From the NCBI GenBank assembly GCA_003155695.1, contig PMDZ01000006.1:20007-84006 (forward strand): a DNA stretch of 64,000 nucleotides, written 5' to 3'. The position numbers and the translations under genes were made by a program. The notes under the pieces are model-generated. The model searched no databases. It had not been told where the DNA came from and saw nothing but the letters and a program-made list of their open reading frames with translations. Of the stretch, positions 45,052 through 51,885 are shown one piece after another (the stretch's first letter is position 1; each line of letters starts with the position of its first letter). This DNA comes from Candidatus Nomurabacteria bacterium (GTDB taxonomy: Bacteria; Patescibacteriota; Minisyncoccia; Phycocordibacterales; UBA9973).

Positions 45052-45465
45052 TTAATTTATAATGTTCACACTTCTAAATGCGATCGCCTTCGCATTTTCT
45101 TCATAAACTACTTCGAATTTTTTCTCTGCGGTTTTCCCGAATTTGTCTTTGGCATCCAATGTCACAACCGAGAACCCCGGCAATACAGCGATGGATTCGG
45201 AGAAATTTCCATCCGTGTCGACAAATATTTCTCTACCATTGAGTGTTAAGTATATAGCTTTTGATGCGCTACCGCTAACTGTAGCAAGCGGTGAATTATT
45301 TTCTTGTTTTATCGCTGCTTTTATTTCAACACCTTTCCAGATAAAGTGCATTTTCTCATAACCAAAAATCATGATGATAGAAAACAATGCTACACAGGAA
45401 ATTATTCCTATCCACCATTTTATATTTTTGTTTTTTATGTTTCGCATTATGATTTTGCAAATCAT
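45052..45465 (-). CDS. Hypothetical membrane-anchored protein (137 aa)
   Basis: An N-terminal TM helix ([20 protein letters not shown]) followed by a beta-rich extracytoplasmic domain. No family recognised. Confidence 0.45.
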   Translation of the reverse strand: MICKIIMRNIKNKNIKWWIGIISCVALFSIIMIFGYEKMHFIWKGVEIKAAIKQENNSPLATVSGSASKAIYLTLNGREIFVDTDGNFSESIAVLPGFSVVTLDAKDKFGKTAEKKFEVVYEENAKAIAFRSVNIIN

Positions 45466-45500
45466 GTCGCGTAAGTCGATTGATACGCGACGCTGATTTT

Positions 45501-47741
45501 TTAATTGTTATTTTTTATTTCTTCTTCCTCAGTATGGTCCATTGGCTTCTCGAGTATCTCTCTTGGCTTTGCTCCATTACCGGCTCCTATCACTCCGCGT
45601 TCTTCAAGCATATCTATCAATTTTGCTGCCCGAGCATATCCAACTCCCAATTTTCTTTGTAAGTATGAAGTCGAAGCTTTTCCGGCTTCCATGACAGTTA
45701 ATCTTGCATCTTCGTAAAGGTCATCATCTCCGTCATCAATGCTATCTGTAAAAAGGCTACCATTTCCTTTATCTATATTACCACTTAAATCAATTGTATT
45801 CGGTATTTCGTCAATATACGCTTTCCTTAAATATTCTACCACTTTTTTGACTTCTTCTTCAGAGATAAAGGCACTTTGCAATCTCTCCGGGTGAGGAGTC
45901 TCGGCACACGAATAAAGCATATCTCCGGCGCCAAGAAGCTTCTCGGCTCCGCCTTGGTCCAGTATTGTTCGGGAATCTATCTGTGAAGAAACCTGAAGTG
46001 CAATACGCGTAGGAATATTGGCCTTGATTAACCCGGTAATTATATTTACCGATGGTCTTTGGGTGGAAAGGATGAGGTGTATACCCACAGCCCGGGACAT
46101 TTGGGCCAAGCGAATAATAGCACTTTCCAATTCTCTTGGGTAGGCGGTCATAATATCAGCCAGTTCATCCACAACGATAACAATGTAAGGAAGACGTTCA
46201 GCTTCTACTCCACTTTTCTTGGCTTTTTCATAAACATTGGCATGATATGATTCGATATTCTGGACCGATTCAGCCTGTAAAATATCGTAGCGTCTGTCCA
46301 TTTCGCGCGCGGCCCACTTGAGAGAAAGAATTGTTTTCTTTGCTTCGGTTATAACCGGTGTAAGCAAATGAGGAATTTTATTATATAGAGTAAGTTCGAC
46401 GCGCTTTGGGTCAACCATTATAAATTGCAAATCCTGTGGTCCATTCCTATAGAGTAGTGATGTGATAATGGAGTGAATGGTTACAGACTTACCTGAGCCG
46501 GTAGTTCCGGCAACAAGTAAGTGTGGCATCTTGGCAAGATTGCCGAATATTGATTTACCGGAAAGTCCACGCCCGAGTGCGATAGTGAGTGGCTTTTGAG
46601 AATTTTGGAATTTTTCATCGGCAAGAAGGGTCGCCAGTCCGACAGTTGATTTTACTTTATTCGGAATTTCAATTCCGACAAGCGATTTCCCAGGGATAGG
46701 AGCTTCGATACGGATAGTTTTTGCCATCAAAGCAAGAGCGAGTTCATTCTGAAGTCCGACGATTCGGGAAAGTTTAACTCCCTGAGCCGGCTTGAGTGAA
46801 TAACGAGTGACGGTCGGACCGACAGTTACTTCATCCATCTCGACAGAAATTCCGAAGGTAAATAAAGTTCTTTGAATGGTATTCATATTACCTTTCATGT
46901 CCCCGGTGTTTGCAACACCTTTATCCTTCTCGAGAAGTGATAGTGGGGGAGGGATGTAGTTCGTACTGAACTTCTTTACTTTGCCGACTGCCTTTGTTAT
47001 CTCATCTTCTTCTTTTGTTTCGTCATGAGGCATTTGTTCTACACTCTTATCTTTTTCGGCTTCTTTTTTAATTTCCACAATATCCTCCTCAATAGTTTCT
47101 TCAACTTCTTCTTTCTTTAGTTTTAGAGAACGAACATCCGATTTAAGGAAATCCCAAATCTTTCGGAATAGGTCCATTAAGTTTGGTTTCTCATCAAACA
47201 AAATAATAAGGGATGCGATAAGTATGGCACCAAGTAAAAGTATGGAAGCATATATTCCGAAAAGTTTTATAAACGGCCACGAGACTATGCTACCGAGATA
47301 TCCACCAAAAGTAATATTTATAGATTCCCCTTTTCCATTACTTGCGATGTCCATTATGGAGAGGGAAGAGAGTAGAGCGACAAAACCGAAAATAGCGTGA
47401 ACTTTTGCAATTTGTGGTTTCTCTTTTTTCATAAAAGAAAAACCGATAAGCACAAGCAAAATAGGCAATAGATAATATCCAACTCCCAAGAATGAATTTA
47501 ATATTGTATAAATAAAATTTCCGACAACTCCCGCCATTCTGAAAATTGAAAGTATAACGAGAAGTCCGAGGACCATAAAACCAATACCCCAGATACTGTA
47601 TCGAGTCTCTTCTTTTAATTCTATTTTTTTACCATTTTTTTTCTTTCCCTTCTTTGATGTTACTTCATCATCAATATCCTCATCAGTATCTTTTTTAGCC
47701 ATATATGTACACATTATATCATAATTTTTTTGCCTCCACAC
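45501..47741 (-). CDS. ftsK: DNA translocase FtsK/SpoIIIE
   Basis: N-terminal TM helices, a linker, and the motor domain with Walker A GTTGSGKS plus a C-terminal winged-helix gamma domain. The true start may be the internal MAKKDTDED. Confidence 0.9.
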   Translation of the reverse strand: MWRQKNYDIMCTYMAKKDTDEDIDDEVTSKKGKKKNGKKIELKEETRYSIWGIGFMVLGLLVILSIFRMAGVVGNFIYTILNSFLGVGYYLLPILLVLIGFSFMKKEKPQIAKVHAIFGFVALLSSLSIMDIASNGKGESINITFGGYLGSIVSWPFIKLFGIYASILLLGAILIASLIILFDEKPNLMDLFRKIWDFLKSDVRSLKLKKEEVEETIEEDIVEIKKEAEKDKSVEQMPHDETKEEDEITKAVGKVKKFSTNYIPPPLSLLEKDKGVANTGDMKGNMNTIQRTLFTFGISVEMDEVTVGPTVTRYSLKPAQGVKLSRIVGLQNELALALMAKTIRIEAPIPGKSLVGIEIPNKVKSTVGLATLLADEKFQNSQKPLTIALGRGLSGKSIFGNLAKMPHLLVAGTTGSGKSVTIHSIITSLLYRNGPQDLQFIMVDPKRVELTLYNKIPHLLTPVITEAKKTILSLKWAAREMDRRYDILQAESVQNIESYHANVYEKAKKSGVEAERLPYIVIVVDELADIMTAYPRELESAIIRLAQMSRAVGIHLILSTQRPSVNIITGLIKANIPTRIALQVSSQIDSRTILDQGGAEKLLGAGDMLYSCAETPHPERLQSAFISEEEVKKVVEYLRKAYIDEIPNTIDLSGNIDKGNGSLFTDSIDDGDDDLYEDARLTVMEAGKASTSYLQRKLGVGYARAAKLIDMLEERGVIGAGNGAKPREILEKPMDHTEEEEIKNNN

Positions 47742-47765
47742 CTTTTTCTCTTTGGCGTATCTCTG

Positions 47766-47858
47766 AATAGTCTTATTGAAGGGGCTTGTGAACTCGACGG
47801 AGCGAACACTGAGCTAATTTCTACCAAGAAATTAACGTACCCTTCAAGAAGAGCTATT
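47766..47858 (-). repeat. Copy E of the structured interspersed repeat (subfamily 1, reverse orientation), upstream of ftsK
   Basis: aatagtcttattgaaggggcttgtgaactcgacggagcgaacactgagctaatttctaccaagaaattaacgtacccttcaagaagagctattc. Confidence 0.75.
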
Positions 47859-47884
47859 CATATTTAATACAGAGCAGTTCCGAG

Positions 47885-47975
47885 ATAGCTCTTCTCAGAG
47901 AGCACGGATATTTTTCTACTGAAAAATTCCTCGTGCTCGCGCCGTCGCGCTCCCAAGTCTCTCTGATAAGACTAT
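47885..47975 (+). repeat. Copy F of the structured interspersed repeat (subfamily 2, forward orientation), flanked by a 12-bp inverted repeat (gagcagttccga / tcggaactgctc)
   Basis: atagctcttctcagagagcacggatatttttctactgaaaaattcctcgtgctcgcgccgtcgcgctcccaagtctctctgataagactat. Nearly identical to copy C, with compensatory changes (CAGAGAG/CTCTCTG versus CAGAGGG/CCCTCTG). Confidence 0.8.
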
Positions 47976-48072
47976 TTCGGAACTGCTCCCAAACATCTTG
48001 CGCAGAATATTTTTCGGTATATAATGGACACATTAAAGACATATTATCCCGTCAAGGCGGGGAAAAAGACAG

Positions 48073-48903
48073 ATGGATAATAAAAAAGACATACAACAGA
48101 CAAGCATAAATACTTATGGACAACCAAATGTCTCTGACAGTAAATCATTAGTGGACAGGCCTGTTTATGAGTTTATCAACAAAAAGACAGAAAAATTAGT
48201 TACTGCTCTCTATATGGTTACCGACTGCATGGATACCGACGATGCTCTCAAAGGGAAACTTCGTCAGTTAGGTGTAGAATTACTGTCCGATATGTATAAG
48301 CTTTCAACCTTATCCCCAATGGACAAATATACTCGTATTTCTTCCTCTCTTGCCCGTATTGATGAGATACTTTCTTTCATTGAGATTACTTACACAATTG
48401 GTTTTATTTCGGAAATGAATACCGTCATTTTGAAGAAAGAGTTCACAATTTTAATAGAGGAGCTAGAATCTCACCAAAAAGAAAACAAGCATTTCACATT
48501 TACCTTAGACGAGAAGATATTTGATTTACCGGAACTTCAAATCGCAGGGAAAGATTCAGATTACAAAGGGCAATCATTTATAAAGGACAAAAGGACATCT
48601 TTTAATAGTATGTCCTTTATGGATAATAAAAGTCCTTTACAAAAATCCCAACCTAAAAGGACAATATCTCACGAATCAAATTTTGCCGATAGGCAAGAGA
48701 GGACGAATAAGATATTAGCTCTTATAAAAGAAAAGAAGGACTTGCCTACTGGAGAAGTAGGAGTTTCGATAAAAGACATCTCTCTTTCTTTTACAGACTG
48801 CTCGGAAAAGACAATTCAACGCGAACTGAACTCACTTGTCCAGAAAGGTCAACTCAAGAAAACCGGGGCTAAACGCTGGTCGCGATACTCTATTGTTATT
48901 TAA
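48073..48903 (+). CDS. Hypothetical protein with a C-terminal winged-helix-like DNA-binding region
   Basis: A 276-aa protein. The C-terminus ...LPTGEVGVSIKDISLSFTDCSEKTIQRELNSLVQKGQLKKTGAKRWSRYSIV resembles wHTH recognition-helix/wing patterns. The N-terminal domain is unrecognised. Confidence 0.35.
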   Translation: MDNKKDIQQTSINTYGQPNVSDSKSLVDRPVYEFINKKTEKLVTALYMVTDCMDTDDALKGKLRQLGVELLSDMYKLSTLSPMDKYTRISSSLARIDEILSFIEITYTIGFISEMNTVILKKEFTILIEELESHQKENKHFTFTLDEKIFDLPELQIAGKDSDYKGQSFIKDKRTSFNSMSFMDNKSPLQKSQPKRTISHESNFADRQERTNKILALIKEKKDLPTGEVGVSIKDISLSFTDCSEKTIQRELNSLVQKGQLKKTGAKRWSRYSIVI

Positions 48904-49013
48904 AAAAGACGACAATATTATTGTTTTGTGACGACGGGTGGGGGCGTGCCGTTCCGAGGTAACCCGAGGAATGGGGTTAAGGAGGAATAAAACAATAATA
49001 TTGTCGTCTTTTT
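48903..49013. repeat. 25-bp perfect inverted repeat (AAAAAGACGACAATATTATTGTTTT) enclosing a GC-rich 61-nt loop, starting at the stop codon of the preceding gene
   Basis: Arms at 48903..48927 and 48989..49013. The loop reads gtgacgacgggtgggggcgtgccgttccgaggtaacccgaggaatggggttaaggaggaat, roughly 62% GC in a roughly 35% GC genome. Confidence 0.7.
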
Positions 49014-49328
49014 CTGTTTTAGGCTATTTCAAGGAAACCCTTATATTCCCAGTTATCCACACCTTTTGGTCAAATCCTATGTATCTATTGCATATTATAA
49101 ACCTGGAGTATATAATATCTGTGTATATTGTTGCTGGTATTTTTTTACCATATGTGATAATATATAGTATCCCTGTGTACTTGTTTCTAATAAGCGCATT
49201 TGGGAAGAGAAGATCATTGAAAATAAAATACCTCTATATTCTAATACCAAGAAGGTAGTGGCCGTTTCGTTTTCACTGGTCGGATCCGTTTTGTTTCTTT
49301 TCAATTTTATTTTTCCTCAATCGCCCGA

Positions 49329-49700
49329 TTGATAGAGATTGGGTGAGTCTTACTTTGATAGAGGTGAGATTATCCCGTTGATAGAGACGGGTGATAAAAG
49401 AAAAATAAAAATAAAGATTTCAAAATGTGGTATCGGCCCTGTCGACAAGGCAGATATGCTTGTCTCGTCTTTTCTTTACTCTCTCGAAAAGAGATTCTTA
49501 AGAAGGGTAAAGGCAGGCAGTGTTTTTTAGTTTAGTTATTCAAGTAATTTATTTTTTGATACTTATTCCGTCATCATTTTTTTGATAGAGAAATTGTGGA
49601 GGGAAGAGAATAAAATAAATTATGAGATGGAAGGTTTATGTTTGTTATTTTACGGTTTTGAATTTTGTTACTTTTTCCATCGCAACTTTTTTGATAGAGA
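49329..49700 (+). promoter_or_regulatory. Five direct copies of TTGATAGAG in the roughly 960-bp noncoding region upstream of the S-layer-like gene
   Basis: Three copies lie at 26- and 23-bp spacing (49329, 49355, 49378), each followed by a GGTGA-containing tail. Further copies are at 49581 and 49692, each preceded by a T-run. They fall in different codon phases of any overlapping ORF, so they are nucleic-acid-level repeats. Confidence 0.5.
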
Positions 49701-49865
49701 GAAGTTATGGTTCAAGTTTCAGAATTTGGAAATTCAGTAAAAAAAGATTATTAATTATTAATTTCAATTCTTAATTATTAATCAAATACACACACATTAG
49801 TTTTTTTCCGGAGCACACAATTCATTATCAGTCGTCTTCCGGAATTAGTCGAAGCTAATCTAAAC

Positions 49866-51752
49866 GTGTATAAAATTATAAAGATTATGTTAAAAAAATT
49901 TTTAATCGGAGCAATAGCAGTAATAGCTTTTGGTGTTGTTATGCACACAGCTATGGCCGCTCTTGATTTCGGTCCTACAACTTTAAAAGTAGGTAGTACA
50001 GGAGTATTCGTAAGCACACTTCAGCAATTTGTTGGAGCAACAGCTGACGGATCTTTCGGTCCTATGACGAAAGCAAAGGTTATGGCATGGCAAGCAACAA
50101 ACGGCTTAACAGCTGATGGCGTGTTTGGTCCATTGTCAAAAGCTAAAGCTAACGCAACAGTTGGAACATATCCATCAGGTTGTTCGTCAACATTGGGTTA
50201 CAGCACAACAACCGGTTTACCATGTACAACAGCAGGAAATTATCCGGCAGGCTGTACTTCAGAAGTAGGATACTCTCCTACAACCGGAGCAAAGTGTGAT
50301 AGTTCAACAACTGGTGGTGGTTCCTCAGGTGGAGCTCTATCCGGTGGTGCAGGGGATGCAACTTTAACTCACTATTCAACCAGTGAGAAAAGTAAAATAA
50401 AAGAAGGAGATTCAGACGTTAAAGTTCTTGGCTTCAGAGTTGAAGCTTCAGATTCTGACATTGCTGTAAACAATGTTAAAGTTAAAATCGAAAACACTGA
50501 TGCACCTTCTTCTTCGTACAAAATCACAAAATACTTAGATTCAGTGGATATCTACCAAGGTTCAACAAAGGTTGGATCGGCAGATGCTGCTGACTTTACA
50601 AAAGCATCAGATGATTCTTACTCAAAATCAATTGCAGTTTCAAATGCAGTTGTTAGAGATGGGGACAAGGATCCTTTCTATGTAGTATTCAATGCTGTAG
50701 ATAGTATTGATTCAGAAAACTCTACTGCAAGTCTTACAGTAGGTGTAGAATCATTCCGCTTTACAGATGGATCAGGAGTTGTTACAACAGCAACACCCGA
50801 TCCAGCAGTTTCTAATGTAGTTACATTAGATGATTCATCAGATGTTCTAACTCTAAAGTCATCTTCAAATAATCCTGATGATGTAACTGTTACAGTTGAT
50901 GAAAACAATACTACAGATGAAGTATTAGCTCTTGCATTCAAATTGAAGGCAGGTTCTGATTCTTCAGATATCACACTTGATAAACTTCCAATTACTCTTG
51001 AAATAGCTGGTGCTGGAGCATCGGTTACTTCTTCAGAAAAAGTTATTGATTCTGTAGTTGTTAAGTTAGATGGTAAGGAAATCACAGCTGATGCTACTAA
51101 TACATCAATTAATAACGCAGGGTCAGATACAGCTCTATATACAGCTGACCTTTCAAATGAGGATATTACTATTGCTCAAGATGATACCCTTGAAGCAAAA
51201 GTTTATATAACTTTTGTTGAACAGGGTGGAACAGGTTCTGGTAAGAACTATACAGATGGCTCAACAGTTGTTACTGCTCATATAACAGGTACTGCTATTA
51301 CAGCAGAAAGTGCTAATGATGATACTATCAGTCCAACATCTGGTACACAAACAGGTGCTGCACTTACACTAAGTACATCTTCAATTACTTTGTCTGGTAT
51401 GAGTTGGACAACAACTTCAGGTTCATCTACTGGTACACTTGACTTCTACTTCTCATTAGAAGCTGGTGATAATGATGTTGAAAATCTTACAATAAGTGAT
51501 GTTGTTACATCAGAAAATACAACTAATGCTGGTGGTAAAGCAGCTGGTGATGCAGCAGGAGTTCTTACAAAGATATCTGGTGATGCAACAACAAACTCAA
51601 CAGGTAACTTTACAATCTCATCAGGTGATACTGCTAACTTCAGAATTAGATATACCACAACAGTTTCTGGTTCAGAAGTTCAGATTAAAACAATTAAAGG
51701 ACAAACAGTTCCTGATAACAAGCAATTGTCAGGTACATTTATTGCTCAATAA
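49866..51752 (+). CDS. Secreted cell-surface protein with an N-terminal peptidoglycan-binding (PG_binding_1-like) domain, Cys-pair repeats and a long S/T/D/A/V-rich beta region (S-layer-like)
   Basis: A signal peptide, then LKVGSTGVFVSTLQQFVGATADGSFGPMTKAKVMAWQATNGLTADGVFGPLSKAKA (a PGBD pattern), then three repeats YP(S/A)GC..(L/V)GYS.TTG..C, then about 450 aa of low-charge T/S/D/V-rich sequence. The gene has its own strong terminator. Confidence 0.6.
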   Translation: MYKIIKIMLKKFLIGAIAVIAFGVVMHTAMAALDFGPTTLKVGSTGVFVSTLQQFVGATADGSFGPMTKAKVMAWQATNGLTADGVFGPLSKAKANATVGTYPSGCSSTLGYSTTTGLPCTTAGNYPAGCTSEVGYSPTTGAKCDSSTTGGGSSGGALSGGAGDATLTHYSTSEKSKIKEGDSDVKVLGFRVEASDSDIAVNNVKVKIENTDAPSSSYKITKYLDSVDIYQGSTKVGSADAADFTKASDDSYSKSIAVSNAVVRDGDKDPFYVVFNAVDSIDSENSTASLTVGVESFRFTDGSGVVTTATPDPAVSNVVTLDDSSDVLTLKSSSNNPDDVTVTVDENNTTDEVLALAFKLKAGSDSSDITLDKLPITLEIAGAGASVTSSEKVIDSVVVKLDGKEITADATNTSINNAGSDTALYTADLSNEDITIAQDDTLEAKVYITFVEQGGTGSGKNYTDGSTVVTAHITGTAITAESANDDTISPTSGTQTGAALTLSTSSITLSGMSWTTTSGSSTGTLDFYFSLEAGDNDVENLTISDVVTSENTTNAGGKAAGDAAGVLTKISGDATTNSTGNFTISSGDTANFRIRYTTTVSGSEVQIKTIKGQTVPDNKQLSGTFIAQ

Positions 51753-51794
51753 TTGTATAACTAAATCTGGTTGATACGCCTTAAAATGTATTCA

Positions 51795-51825
51795 AAAAAC
51801 CACTCATTATATGAGTGGTTTTTTG
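51795..51825 (+). terminator. Rho-independent terminator of the S-layer-like gene
   Basis: aaaaaCCACTCATtatATGAGTGGtttttt. Confidence 0.85.
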
Positions 51826-51885
51826 TTATTTGAAAAGCTCCATTTCGTATAGATATTTTGTTCTTTTTCGGTTATACTCTTTAAT

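Noticed and set aside
47854-48042. Minus-strand ORF 47854..48042 (62 aa)
   Set aside because: It lies entirely within repeat copy F and its flanks, so the repeat explains the open frame.
48928-48988. tRNA, tmRNA, SRP RNA or RNase P RNA as the identity of the GC-rich 61-nt loop
   Set aside because: There is no cloverleaf, no GGTTCGA T-loop, no SRP domain IV GGAA/AGCAGC pattern, and no RNase P P4 motifs. It is left as an unassigned structured element.
49329-49400. A CRISPR array as an explanation for the TTGATAGAG tandem copies
   Set aside because: The repeat unit is only 9 bp, the spacers are 14-17 bp and irregular, and there are no cas genes. This is not a CRISPR.
48938-49530. ORFs 48938..49258 (GTG start) and 49339..49530 in the noncoding island
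   Set aside because: The first begins inside the GC-rich loop of the 25-bp inverted repeat and encodes an I/L/Y/F-rich string typical of AT-rich noise. The second owes its length to the TTGATAGAG repeats, which fall in different codon phases.
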